NCBI RefSeq assembly: GCF_006345805.1
Contig: NW_021832374.1
Span: 318,343-382,342 of the forward strand
Direction of reading: 5' to 3'
DNA length: 64,000 bases
Origin: Octopus sinensis
Taxonomy: Eukaryota
Part shown: positions 28,501 to 45,558 of the stretch, in pieces
How positions within the stretch are numbered: position 1 is the stretch's first letter
Layout of the letters: each line of letters starts with the position of its first letter
Position numbers and translations under genes: made by a program
The notes under the pieces: model-generated
Databases searched by the model: none
The model's input: only the letters and a program-made list of their open reading frames with translations
What the model was told of the DNA's origin: nothing

Positions 28501-29216
28501 TGTGCTCTGTGCTTTGTCTCTCATGGTTAGAGATAAATACGCACATTGAGCAGCATATAGAATATCAGAAATGCTATTGATATCATTAGGATGATTATCT
28601 TTCGTATATAATATATCGCCGAATTCAATCCTGTCAATATATCAGTTTTCAAATATTTATTTTGAATTTTTGGAGTTGGTTTACGTGAATCCCTTGGAAT
28701 CGATTCAATATTCTTAATTTGTATATTCAACTCTTCTAGACACTTTCTAAAAGTGGAAATTTCTGAGCTCTCAAGAAATTGCTTCTGATGGCAATTGCTT
28801 CCATAATTATTATCCACTCTCATTGGTTTAACCATTCCTTTGAGTTGACTGAGACTTGCACTCTTCGAGAATTTTGAATTAAACTTCTCACGGATAAGGT
28901 TCCATCCACCTCTTGGTATCCTCCCAATTCTTTGCTTCGTGGCATAAACAATCTGAGACACCCACTCAGCTTCAGAAACACAAATAGCATCATCGATAAT
29001 GGCCGAAAGGGAATGCAAGTTAGTTGGGATAGTAGGATTCCCAGCAATTGGATTGTCATGAATACTAGTCCTTGTGCTGTTATCCAGCCCCAGAGACGAC
29101 ACTCCTGCACTTGTTATGTTATTTTTATCCTTTTTCGCAGGAAGGCCCCTAGGATTCGATTTCCTCATATCATTAGGAACGGACATGCACAACACCACAA
29201 CAACTAATTCTTTCCC
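25598..29216 (-). mobile_element. Near full-length R4/Dong-like RT-RLE non-LTR retrotransposon, frameshifted
   Basis: 12-bp TSD cttatcattgca (25586-25597 and 29217-29228); RT motifs WKACGCDG, RPITC, DVKKAYDSV, GILQGDSLSPLLF, FIDD, YRYLG; CCHC CNHC..HMATQC, RHN, KPD..EV..K RLE motifs. Confidence 0.92.
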
Positions 29217-29569
29217 CTTATCATTGCATAACAAAGTTTATTTTAAATAAAAAAAGTAAAGTTAAATATTTTGTATTTGTCAGCTAACTTTTTGTACTCT
29301 ATGAATCAATGTTAATTTCAAGAATTATTTCCTAAATCCTTCATAAAATATTTTCTTCTTACATTGAATCAAGATTTGTTTACAATAATATTATACACTA
29401 TATCCAAAACACCATTTCTATATACACCCCTCGACAAAAAAATCCGGACATTTTTATTATCAAATTAAAAAAAACAAACTTTGAGCACAATATTTTTGTC
29501 TATGTTTTTATATAATAGAATGTTGTTTATTGATCAAAACACAGAAACCGAAAGAAAAGAAGGAAAGAT

Positions 29570-30320
29570 AGTTAACGAGGAGATTAAACGAGGCACCGAA
29601 GTGTCTCTTTCAATGCGTATCCCCAATTATTGTCGGTGTCGACAACTTTTCCGGATCATGGGCACAGAAGAACTCTGCAAGCTTTCTAGCCTTGCGTCAA
29701 GTTGTACTCCATAATCCAGTTTCAATGCCAAAAGTCTTGTTTACCAACTGTTCGACAAAGTAGTCACTCTTCCATGGTATATTAATGGACGTGTAGCCTT
29801 CAAATTCCACTTTCATTGCTTCCTTCAGCTTAGTCTCATTAATGACCAACATGTCAGACTTCTCTGAGGATAGGTGATCGTTAGTATGAACAATCCTTCC
29901 GCCGTCGACTGACCTCCCGTGGAAGCGCCGCCACCTTGGCTAAAGGAGGCGTATCAACGGTTGGCTTTCCAGACATTTCGAGGGCTTGCCCCTCTATCAA
30001 GTCCAGAGTTTCACTTTGGCTTCCTTCTGGGCGTTCTTGTTGCGGGGCCCGTTTTCACATTGCTCACTTTCTGTAGATCTGTTTGCATGCCAAATTCGAC
30101 AGTCATCGGCAATCCACTGTTTCGAGGAATTCAGCGTCCGTCTGTTCACCAATTGATTATTAGAGATGTCCTCAGAAACTTTCCATTGACAATTGTGCTC
30201 CTGCCATCAGATGGTGTCACTGAGGTTCCCCAAGTAATTTTTGATTGTCGCATTTGTCAGATTTTTCTCTCGAGTGACTGTTTGGCAACCTCCCCAATTG
30301 GCTCTGTGCGTCGACAGATA
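29570..30320 (-). mobile_element. Degenerate LINE remnant (ORF1 end / APE start)
   Basis: Minus strand SEKSDMLVINETKLK...EFEGY resembles the APE motif DIxxxxETKL; GC-richer than flanks; many stops. Confidence 0.5.
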
Positions 30321-30332
30321 TTTGTTATATAA

Positions 30333-30860
30333 ATGATGAAAGATAAAGATCAATCATTTTTTCAGATAAGTGTTCCTTCAAAGTTTATAATGCACCAAAA
30401 AGAAAATTTATATACAGAAAAAGAGGAAATGATTATAAAAATTCAAATTCTGTCCCAACTGTTAAATGTGGTGGGAAAATTATGGTCTGGAGATGTTTTT
30501 CTTATTTTGGCATGGGTACATATTGTTTTACTAAAGAAAAAATTAACTCTGGTAAAAATATAAACATTTTGTCGAACAATCTTAAAAAATCAGCAATTAA
30601 AATGGGCTAAACAGCTACATGTTTCAGCATGACAATGACCCATGTCATACTTCCAATGCAACAATGGAATATTTTTCTGCAAATAAAATTAATTTACTCG
30701 ATTGGCCGGCACAGTGAATCCAATTGAACACATTTGGGCTAAAATAAAATATGAATTATCGAAGGAAACTATAGAAAATCAACCAAAAAATAGAGAACAA
30801 CAAAAAGATAAAATTAAATTCCAATTGACTATATTAAAAAATTGATAAATTCGATGAAAA
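30333..30860 (+). mobile_element. Tc1-like transposase pseudogene fragment
   Basis: PTVKCGGKIMVW.CFSY, FQHDNDPCHTS, DWPAQ, NPIEHIW across frames. Confidence 0.85.
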
Positions 30861-30984
30861 GTGGAGTGTGCTTCGACGAGAACACACCCACACGGTCAGT
30901 GGATTATGGGCCCAAAAAGAGAAGATTAAGCTAATTAATTACTTTAAAAAGTCAATAATATTATTTGTGTGTTTATTTGTTAAA

Positions 30985-31750
30985 TTAACAATCATAAAGG
31001 TCTTCACCACGAGTAACTGGGGGATAATATTTTTCAACCCGGTTAACAAATCCCATCAATTTTATTGGTGTTAAAACCTTTTTAGCGTCTACTACAATTT
31101 CTTCTAATATTCTTAGCATATATTCAGAAATTGAAGTACCATCCGGAGTTTTTTTATAATTGAGAATTATTGACATTTTTTCTTTTTGAATCTTTTTACT
31201 TCTGCTTTAAAAGTATTCCAGGCTAATTCAATCGGGTTTAATAAGTACGAATATGGGGCCAATCGTAAAAGCTCAACATTTTCTTCCTGCTCCACAACCG
31301 ATTCCAATTGATTGTGAACAGAGCATTATCAATTATTAAAGTGGGATCTTGTATACATGAAGACCTGAATTCATTAATTAACTCTTATTCATTTTTTACA
31401 ATCTTCTCCTCTATAAAAACCTCTTTTTCATTGAAAATTAAGCAATGTTGAAGCAGACATTGCATTTATACAATGTAAGTTAGAACCTCTCGAGATCTTA
31501 ATTTTTATCGTCCTTCTTTTCTCTTACAATATAAATTAAAATTGGATTCATCGATCCAAATTAAAGTTCTTCCAGCAGACCTTGCTTTAAACAAGCAATC
31601 CAAAATTTTCATTTGTTTCAATTATTATTTTTTTGTGTCATCACTATATTTGCGATATCTTGTTTTTCAGTCATCTATAACAATTTTTGCAGTATTTTGC
31701 GCAAAATTTTTTATACGCAACATTGATTTTCGTAATTACAAATAAGTTTA
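30985..31750 (-). mobile_element. IS630/Tc1-like transposase pseudogene fragment
   Basis: IIDNALF and LLRLAPYSYLLNPIELAWNTFK on the minus strand. Confidence 0.65.
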
Positions 31751-32112
31751 TAGGTGGAAATTTGATTTTGTGATTACAGTTTGAAGTTTTTACTTAAAAA
31801 TTTGATTTTGTGATTGCAGTTTAAAATTTGTAATAGACAAATTGACTTGAAAATGGTATAGTATCGGGTTCATCATATTAGATAGTTTTCAAGTTACATT
31901 TTTGGCCAAAAGAGATGTCGTGCACGCGCAATACAAAATAATTTTCTAACGAGGTGACTGTCTTCTCAGTCAGTATCTCGCTACAATCTAAATTTCGTGT
32001 TCTGTGGAGGACATCTTATATTTAATCCCAATTAAAGCAAAATTTTTTGGGTGGTAAACATTGTTTATAAACAATTCAAACAAAAGTAGTAACCAAAACG
32101 TTTCATTAGTAA

Positions 32113-33303
<1,191 letters not shown>

Positions 33304-33596
33304 TGATAAGAAATAGGTTAGATATGTAGTTCAAAAATTTTATTAGTTTTTTAAAATAGTCAAACAAAAAATAAACCATTAAATACCAATAAAATAAATA
33401 ATTTTTCAGGGTTTTAGGAAATCTGCAATTTCTTCGTTCTTTCGATCCCATTGATCACGACAAATCTTGTACAGCACAGGAAACAATAAGAGTTATTAGT
33501 TTGGTCCATTTCCTTTTATTTAAGTCTTTCCCTACACTCCGAAGGAAATCTGGAATTTTTTATTTTTTCAATTAAACTTTAAAAAACGATGAATAA

Positions 33597-33800
33597 TTCG
33601 TAGTGCCGATAGCGGCGGAGACGTCGGGTGCTCTCAGTCCAAAGACTGAAAAGTTCCTCCGCAAGCTCGGAGCCAAAATCTCAATGCGCACTCACAATCC
33701 TCGGGAGGTGGATTGCCTATTGTAACGTTTCTCGATCGCCGTTATCCGGAGAAACAGTTTGGCAATCCGCCAGACTGCTGGCCTTCCCTTCGTTTAATCG
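33597..33800 (+). mobile_element. CRE-like 3' fragment (paralog of 14386-14644) with an empty hAT site
   Basis: VPIAAETSGALSPKTEKFLRKLG; a single gtttaatc near 33792. Confidence 0.7.
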
Positions 33801-33876
33801 ATATTAATTGATAACGAATCATTCCAATAAATGGGGTGCGTTTACCATCTAAAAAAATTTTAAAATCATTTTAATA

Positions 33877-34130
33877 ACAGATGTTTGGATTCTACTATTC
33901 ACTTAGCAACAAAAAGACAAAAAATTTCTTTCCCATCGGTAAGTGGTCACCTGACTTGCTCCGAGTGGCTATTGAGCGGGCACAAAGCTATCGCTTACAT
34001 TCGTTACTTTTGCTCTCTGGTGACATTAAATCCAAGACCGAAGGATCATGAACATTTTTTTTCCATCATGCAACTGAACTTTTATGGCATTCATTTACTG
34101 TCGGGGACAAGATCCAATTCCTATTTTTGA
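33877..34130 (+). mobile_element. Degenerate Ingi/Vingi 5' remnant (paralog of 16085-16340)
   Basis: LLLSGDIK..SIMQLNFYGI. Confidence 0.6.
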
Positions 34131-34301
34131 TAAGTTCGTGGATATGGAAGGGATATTTGCAGTGGATGTACATATATTTTTAAGAAAGTAGCTTCTAGTG
34201 AACAGTGGTAAGAGTCCTGCCGTCTTTGAACGTACATTTTGTTTCTAAAAATGTGTCACCTTCAGTAATAAGTAGGCAGTCGCTGTAAAATTAATACACT
34301 A

Positions 34302-34621
34302 CAGTAAAGTCTCTCATATTCGCCACTCTCTGATAACAGCCACAAAAATATATTTTAAATGGAAAATTCTGATATCTGTTAAAAGAGGATGAACATGTTG
34401 ATGAGCTAAAAATTGTCACTAATAAGAATGCTATTAAGCTTCACAAATAATCAAAGAAGTGAACCTTAAATTAAATAAGACTTTTAAGAGAGACGAAATT
34501 TACATTATTTAGGGTGATTAAAAAATAAATATTGCTTTGAAATTTTTTATGGATTCTTTAATCCACGATTTTCTAATATTTTTAGAAGTCTCATTTTTGG
34601 CAGAAATAAGAGACTTTACTG
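34302..34621. mobile_element. pogo/Tigger-like MITE
   Basis: TIRs cagtaaagtctc / gagactttactg flanked by TA on both sides. Confidence 0.85.
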
Positions 34622-34849
34622 TATATCTAAAACATTGCTTAATAAATTATCTTGTGCTAAATAAATCACGAGAATTAATTTTTTTAACTTAAGGTTTGTT
34701 GCTTATTTTTAAACCAATATATTTATTCAATCTTTTTCTTGCTTTAAAGTATCGATGCATAAGTCAGCAAACTTGTAAAATCAAAAGATAAAAATTGTGA
34801 AAATTTTGCCATGGCCATTTATCTCTTTTCATAATCGTTTGGAAGAAAA

Positions 34850-35300
34850 AGAATCCACTACTAATGACCCAGACATTATGTTCTTATCCTATGCGGACGA
34901 CCTGATTATCGCTGCAAGAGATAAATCTCCTTCTGTGGCTGTTGCAATGGTCCAGTCACACCTTAACCGTGTGATTGGGTATCTGCAAATATGTTGTGTG
35001 TGTCTGCATCTGAATCCCAATTCACCCTCTTCACTACTGATAGAAGATTCAAGGATGGACCGGAACTATTCATTGGAGACAAACCTATTCCCTCTTTGCG
35101 TACCCAGAAGATCCTTGGCGTAGTTTTCGACTCCTTAATGACGTTCTCAAGTCACGGGAGGAGGCTCTAGCTAAAGGTCCTCGGAAGTGGAACGTCTTGA
35201 AAGCGCTGTTAAAGAAGAGTCCCTTCCCCCTGAAAGATTGTCTACCAACAAGTGATTGCCCCGACGGTTGAGTATGCCTGCTCACCCTGGAGGTTTGCAA
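34850..35300 (+). mobile_element. RT C-terminal fragment of Ingi/Vingi-like LINE
   Basis: LSYADDLIIAAR; PKILGVVFD; WNVLKAL across frames. Confidence 0.75.
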
Positions 35301-35479
35301 TTAAAAAAATTTTTTAAATTTTTGAAGTTTTTTTTTTCACAGTACCAAATCAGATTAAAATTACAGATTTACTCAGGGGTAAAATTATTTTTGGCTTTTA
35401 GAATTTAATTTTAAAGCAGAATTTAAAATTTGCCGGACAAAAAAAATTGGATTTTTTATTTTAATGAAACAAATTAAAA

Positions 35480-36300
35480 TTTAATAAGTTGATATCTCTC
35501 CACGTGCTTCATAAACTTCCAAACTTCTTTTTTTCATTGACATAACTAAATTTTCTAGGTATTCTTTCGGTATTGACTCCCATATCACAACTAATTTTTT
35601 CTCCAAATCTTTCAAGTTTTTTGGCGGTTTTTGCAATAATTTTCTCTTCATCATTGCCCGAACATGCTCAATTGGATTAAGGTCAGGTGATTGAGACGGC
35701 CAATCAAGAATTTTATATTTTCTATCGCATATAAATTCTTTAACTACTCGAGAACTGTGGCATGCAGCATTATCTTGTTGAAAAATAAATGAGTTTAACC
35801 CCCTTTTTTAGAGCTGATTGCTCCAGATTATTCGACAAAATGTTTAAATAATAAGCACTGTTTAATTTTCCATTTAAAATAACAAGATTGCCGACGCCTT
35901 CATATGAGAAACATCCCCAAACCATTAACTTTCCTCCACCATACTTAACAGTAGGTACGATATTGGACTTTTCATAGGCAGTACCGTTTTTTTTGCTGTT
36001 ATAGATCCTTATTTTGCTGTTATAGACTTCAAAACATGACTCATCGGAGAAGATGACTTTCTTCCATTCTTCGTCAGATATGGCTAGAAACTTTTTCGCA
36101 ATTAACCATCTGGATTCGATGTTTTTGGATGTTAAAAGAGGTTTGTGTTTTGCAGCTCGGGCATGTAATCCAAATGAATTTAGTATACGACCAATTGTTA
36201 TGGGAGATACGTCCACATTAAATTGATTTTTTGTTATCTCAGAAAAAGACACAGCAGAAATTGAGGGTTCATCCCTTTTGCTAGTTTCATGCTGTTTAAC
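35480..36300 (-). mobile_element. Tc1 (DD34E-type) transposase, 5'-truncated and frameshifted
   Basis: KPLL, WKKVIFSDES, PTVKYGGGKLMVWGCF, FQQDNAACH, WPSQSPDLNPIEH. Confidence 0.9.
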
Positions 36301-37656
36301 CATCAAAATACTAACAGAATCATAAATTTTTATTAAATAAAAGATTATTTTGATATTTATTAAAAATTTTTTCAACAGACTCGAAGGAGTTAAAAAAAAT
36401 ATCATCAAGCTTAAATATCAGATCTGTATTATAACGAGCCTGCAAAAATTAAGGGAATTTGTAAAAAAAATTCGGTAACTTTTTTTTATATATTGCGGTA
36501 TATGGAAAATAATATTTCGTGCATTAAATCAAATAAACAGATTGGCGAACCACAATAGCATAGCAACATGGCAATTAAATATTAATTAAATCCACAAAAG
36601 GCTACCTGCTCAGTTAAACATTAAATCTAATTAATTGATTATTATCATCGTCTTATTAGCAAAGATCATAAATGCGAAAAATGGGAATTAATAATAAGAT
36701 TATGATAATCGAATAAAATCGTAATAACCTCATTTGTTTAATTAATCATCTTGATCGGATAATGAGCTTTGATTTTATCGATGATTCATAAAATAATTAC
36801 TATCGATTGAAAGGATAAGAGGCTATAAATCCAGCTGTTAACACATTTACTCAAAAAATATTTTAGACAAAATCAATTAAATTGATTTCCAGTCATGACT
36901 ATCGAATGTCACTCAATAAATTAAGCCCATTGATAACAGCGGGATATCATAAACTTACTTTTGAAATATGTCTTAATGTGAAATTACCTAAATAAGTACA
37001 TTTGTTATTAAATAGGTTATTAGACAATTATCTCCATACCGACCTAATTGACCGAAATTCTTAATAATTTCATTAAATGATACAGAATTCCTGACAGTGA
37101 ATTGGTTTGGTGTGGTTATATTTCGACGTATAAAATGTGGTTTGCGGATTTACAAAGCTTGAACAGATTCGTGCATTCTAAACCCGTAAAATCAATTAAA
37201 ATTCCATTAAAAATTTGAATATTCCCCAATACGTTCTTGATCGATAGAACGATTTTTAATTAATATTTATTTTTATCTCTTAAGCAAGCATATTTATTGA
37301 CATTATTATATCCGGCAATTAAACTATTTCAATCACTAGTAGACATTCAATTTGTCTGGAAAATATGTCACAGCCTATCACTCTCAAGAGATTCAAGTGC
37401 GCTCTGTGACAATTTCATCAATTGACAGAAGGAATAATACAAGACATGACATTCAACCTATTATTAGGAGCCATAGAAAACTAAAATCTCATCCTGCTAC
37501 AATATTGCAGGTAGCAATTATCTTAATTTAACGTTGCCTTATTACACAAACGATTACAAAGCAACACCAATAAAACGTAATTACTCAGCGGCGATTGCGT
37601 TCAAGTCAAAATTACTGCAATTTGCGCTTATTTCACTCTTTATTTCATTGTGCCTG

Positions 37657-40271
<2,615 letters not shown>

Positions 40272-40932
40272 TTCTTTATTCACATTAATTAGAATGCGAA
40301 ATGATTTATTTACGTGCTTTAATCTTGTGTAATAAATCAGGAATATTTGCGTTTTCTGAACTAATTCACCGGCTACCGTCAATTATATAGATTTATGTGT
40401 TTTATTATACTATTTCGACGATTTTCAATTTGTTTGAAAATGTATAGGCTCAGTTGTTTAACCCCAGTATATTCAAAAAATAAGTTACCCTTCAGAATGC
40501 CATATCCACATCAGAGTGGCATATGAACTAGCCTTTACAGGTCATTTGAGTCGTTTCTATTTTATGGACTCCTGTTAAAATCATTATTCAAAATGATCAG
40601 TATTGTTGATCTTGGCACTTCGGGAATTTCTGACTTAAAAATTAAAATACTTTAAATCTATTGGCTAATTCTATGATAACAACATTTCGACAAACGTACG
40701 TATTTTGGCATCTTCTTCGACCTTCGATTTGACCATATTTATTCAATTGTGTTTTTAGAGTTTTCTTAAACAAACAGTTATTTTTACTTCACTACTTATA
40801 AAAACCTATATCAAACTGATGCCCTTAATATTAGTTGAAATATTTCATTAGTATTATTTGTGCTCACGTTGTAACTAATTTTCGGAATGTTTGATAAATT
40901 TAATAGACTAAACAAGATATTTGAACCAAATT

Positions 40933-41780
40933 TGTATAATATGTCGCATCCCATGCTGGATACATGTCACCTGTCAACACATCATTTTTACGAGGTCACT
41001 GATTGTCAGATGTTATAATTAATGTGGTTTTTATCATGCGTTACTCGAGCGGGACATATTTAATATTTTTTAGCGTTATTTCTGAATTTTCAACATATCT
41101 TCTCTAAAATGTTTTCGATACAATTATTAAACGAAGCACTTTCATATATAACATTCATTCTTCAATAAACGAAACATCATTTAAAATCTGAAAGGAGTTT
41201 CTGGAATAAAGTCATTCATGAGTATAAAAGTTTTTCAATTTTTTTAAATTTTAAAGAAACTGAGAGTTTGGATGATTTTTATCCACTATTGGATGTAGAA
41301 AATATTTTAGATGTTTCAGGTAAATTTTGTATAAAGTATGCTAGGAAACTTGGATGATAATGACTTTATTAATTTTTCTTAACCGAATTTAAATTTCATT
41401 GTATTTTAAACAGATGAATAAAAAATGAATGTTCATCAATCCAAATACGATTTTACAATTGGGGATGAAGTATGTTTATTGAATATTTGGTAGGTTCACA
41501 ACCAGCCGAAATTATTTAATTTTTGTCATACAATCGACTAGTAGTTTATTTCTTAATTATGTATATCAGATTGAGACACGTTCGGGGAAATCTAAAATAA
41601 TTAATGTAAAAACATAAACGCTTAATTTTGATAATTTTTTTTATTTTTGAAACGGTTATTGATTAAAAACAAATGGAATTAAAATTTTTTGGAATTAATT
41701 CTTCGTCACTGTGACAGGCATTATGACAGATTGACGGGTGATATATATGGGTAGCTCGTGCTGGACGCGACATAATACAT
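40933..41780. repeat. Region bounded by imperfect inverted repeats (possible old MITE or DNA transposon)
   Basis: tgtataatatgtcgcatcc...tgtcacctgtcaa versus ttgacgggtgata...ggacgcgacataataca. Confidence 0.45.
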
Positions 41781-42010
41781 AAGTTCTCTCTATATAGCTC
41801 TTCCATACTTGAATGGTTTGGAAATAAAAAATTGCAAATTATCTAAGATTGATTTTTTGTTTTAAATTTTTATCTGTAAATTAATGCTGATGTCCCATAG
41901 ACAAGAACATTCGAAAAAATATACAGAAATGACTTCTACTCACCATAAATTAAATTATTATTTAAAGTTTAATTTTGATGAAAAATAGTTTCCATAGTTT
42001 TTATTTATAA

Positions 42011-45000
42011 ATGGAACAAACGTCGAGCTCAACCGTAAAAATAATCGTGACAATAAACAAGTGCGAAGGAATTGTATTTCTAATTTATTAATATATTTTA
42101 AGATAAGTACAAAATCTTCAAATTTTAATTTACTTTTAAAAAGTGAATTTTGCGGTAAAAATTTTATCGAGTCAACAAAAATTCCCTGTTCAGAAGAAAC
42201 TTCTTCCTTTGATTATTCAATAGTTCTTCCAGTAACCATAAATGACATTACAACTGCCAATGAACTGGCGAATAATCCAATAGTCGGTGAAAATAATTTT
42301 TTTAAGTTTTTAGTCCAGGCCTATGAGATTTTGTCTAAAGAAAAAAAACAAAAAGAAGAAAAAATGAATCTTTTAGGATATTTTGAAATTGATCTTTTAC
42401 AAATCATTGAGAATCAGCCTTCAGTCTCGAATTCAGTCTACCTTATCCCAAATGAGTTAATTTATACGGAAGAATTGATGAAATCTGCAAATAACGTGAT
42501 TTTATTTTATTTACTACAAATAGTTTATATTTCACTATGAAATTAAATGTCCGGAAATTATTTTTTCAAAAGATCTTTTAAGTTCTTGGACAAGATTGTC
42601 ATTCACAGTTGGAACACTTTTTGCAATTCCAGAAAATATGAATAATCCAAATAATATTTTTATTGCTTCAATATTGTTACCCTTGGAGAATGAAGTAAAT
42701 TTAATTTTTATTTTTTAGAAAGAAGAAATAGCATGTTATTTTAACGGACAAATCAGACAAAGCAACGAAACTTCTAATTGTGGAAAAAGATATCCAAAAT
42801 TATCGACGTTTTCAAAACCTTTAAACCGAAGAATAGCCTTTGATCAAAATCTAAAAAATTGTCAGAATTGCCTCGCAGAAATGAAAGATATTCCTTTTGG
42901 AAAAGAACGACGACTTCTGGAGACAAGAAACCCTCGTATAGAATGGAACATTGAAATTAATTTTTACATCACCACAGAAGGAATTTCTGAGTTTTTTTTA
43001 TTTCTAAATTGAAAAGGCTTAAAAGAAATATCACAAAAAACAGGTTTTTACCAATCGAAATCTGCGCTTACAATCCCAATCCAGGTATCAAAGGAAAAAA
43101 GGCATTTTCTGAAGTGATTACTTTCAGTTTGATGACGATTCTCAGGTTTTGTTTCACGGATTATCTTTCGTCAATTTCTGGCCGCTGTTATACCCAGGGG
43201 AGACCGATTTTGAAGGTGCCTTTTTAGTGAAAAACTTTGACAAGACTGAATTGTTAGCCAAGGTCAGTTCCTCTTTCTTAATTATTAGGGAGGACGAAAG
43301 AAAATTTTTACTGACGACTTCATAACTACTTCATATGCTACTTTCATGTCTCCAAGTCCTTCAAAGACTAAAAGAGATGACAAAAAAGAAATGAAAAAAA
43401 TTCCTCCAAAGTTAATCATGACTCCATCTGAAAGAACTGAGCAAACCAGTTTCGAGGATGGGAAAAGCTTTTTGACAGTTACGTGCTCAATAAACAAGCC
43501 TATGGTCCCCAAAAGAACTCGAGATCAGTTGGGGGATAGGTATTCTGTAAATGTCTAATTTTAATAGTGTCTACAAGTATGTCGTCTCTAAAAGACCTAA
43601 GCCGTCACAGGAATCATTAGCTGATAAAGTTTATTTAAAAAATAAAGTTTTAGGCTGTTGAAAATTTTCAAAATGTCATTTCGTCCGTTTCTGATTCTAT
43701 TTTAAGCGAGTTGTGCAAAATGATGGATTGTGCCTCTGTCGATGAACTCACTGCAGAAAAATGGTTTCACAGTAAATTTAAATATCACAAAGGGAATCCA
43801 AATTAGTTATGGAAATGAATTCTTCCGATATTTATTACGAAATCAAAGAAAAAGTGAAATTTGCAATCATCAATATTGTAAGAGAAAAGTGTTTGCAAAA
43901 GTCAAAGTTTAAAAGTGAAAGCGAATTTAACGTTTATTTATATTTAATTAGAATTAGACTTTTTTGTCTGATTTGTATGTTTTCTTGATGGATCAAATAC
44001 ACATTTCTCTCAATAAAAAAATCTCCGCTGTCGACGTTGTCCCCGAACCTCAGCCGTCTTTGTCAATAGAACAACTTGAATTTTTTGCAGACGAAGCCTA
44101 CTCGATAAATAAATTTCAACTCTCAGCAGATTACATAAAACAAATTCTTTCCAGAATACCAAATTCAGCCAAACATTGGCTCAAGTTGGCGGTTACTTCA
44201 CTGAGAGTAAACGACATGGAAAGTTCCCTCTACTATGCTGAACAATGCCTGTTCTACGACCCTTTGAACTACGACGGGTAGATTCTGTCATGAAAATGGT
44301 ATATAGGCAAATATTTACATCAATAATGACCGCTCTTCAAAATGACTATCAACGAGCTGAAGAGATTATGGAATATAACGTCGAATTGAATCAAGAAAAT
44401 AACACTTCGCTAATTATTATGGGTTACTGATTGAATTATAACAAAATAAAAGGACTTCTTTATGAACAAAATGGGAATGATCTCAAAGCAGAAATGGCAT
44501 TTCGATATGCCAATTTAAATACTGACAAATGTGAAGATTTTCCTCTTTCCACAGCCGACATTTTTCTAAAAAATGGTTTTTTAAATCAGATTTTAGAAAT
44601 GTCAGAAAGGAATTCTTCAGTCAAAAAATTTAGTTTTGAAAGCATGGTCTTAAATTCTCCAAAAATTAGCGAAAATGAAGTGAAAATTTCCTCAAATAGA
44701 GACTCTAACGATCCCGCCTTTTTGACAGCAGCAAATTGCTTATTTTCCCTCAATCTAATTCTTGTTAATTCCCCCCAAAATTAATTTTTCAGTATGCAGA
44801 GAAATCTCTCTCAAAAATATACACAGAAAAATCTCCAGAATACAACATTCTTAAAGCCCGAATTGCCTTATACAGAAAAGAATATGCTCAATTTGACAGC
44901 ATAATTGACACTTCATTGGTCGAATTGGTCGACGAACCTGCCATTTGGGCTCTGATTGGGCATAGTTTGTATGAAAGAGAAGATTACAGCAAGGCAGTAG

Positions 45001-45490
45001 ACGCCTATAATCGCTATATCGACATGTTGGGCGAGAAAAGTGAAATGCATGCAGTACTTCTACGTCTTTCGGAGATATACCTGAATAAAGAAAAGTACTC
45101 CGAAGCGAAATATGTATTCAAATTAGCCACACAAAATAATCCGACATATATGACGTGGCTTGGTTTGGGAATTTGTTGTTATCGGGTTTGAATTGAACAG
45201 GAGATAACTAATGAGTAGATTGGAGAGATCGAAGAAGCTGAAATGGCACTCTGTGAGGCAAATTGTTTGAACAGTCTCGATTTTAAAGCGTGGGCATATC
45301 TTTGTCTGATTTCTATCAAAACAAAAAGGCAAATGGAGGCGGAACAGTCATTTAAATATGCGATAAGAGTTGATTTTATTGTTATTGGTTTTTGTAGTTG
45401 GGACTTGAGGAATATCCGGAGTTGTATGGGGAAGTCACTGACTTACAATCGAGTAGTGGATTTGGAAATCCACAATTTAATTTTAGTTAA
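42011..45490 (+). CDS. CFAP70: Cilia- and flagella-associated protein 70 (TTC18), C2-like + TPR; multi-exon
   Basis: N-terminal LSKEKKQKEEK..LG..EIDLL; C-terminal TWLGLGICCYR|..EAEMALCEANCLN..WAYLCL..RQMEAEQSFKYA...GFGNPQF. Confidence 0.85.
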
Positions 45491-45558
45491 ATAATAATGA
45501 AATTTCTAATCAACAATAATTAATTATATTAAAATGTTTAAATTCATTTTCTGTAGGT

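Noticed and set aside
18810-28524. Programmed frameshifting to explain the broken LINE ORFs
   Set aside because: Frameshifts are numerous and scattered, which fits decay or sequencing indels better than recoding.
29140-29180. Hammerhead ribozyme at the R4-like 5' end
   Set aside because: No CUGANGA/GAAA core in the correct stem context.
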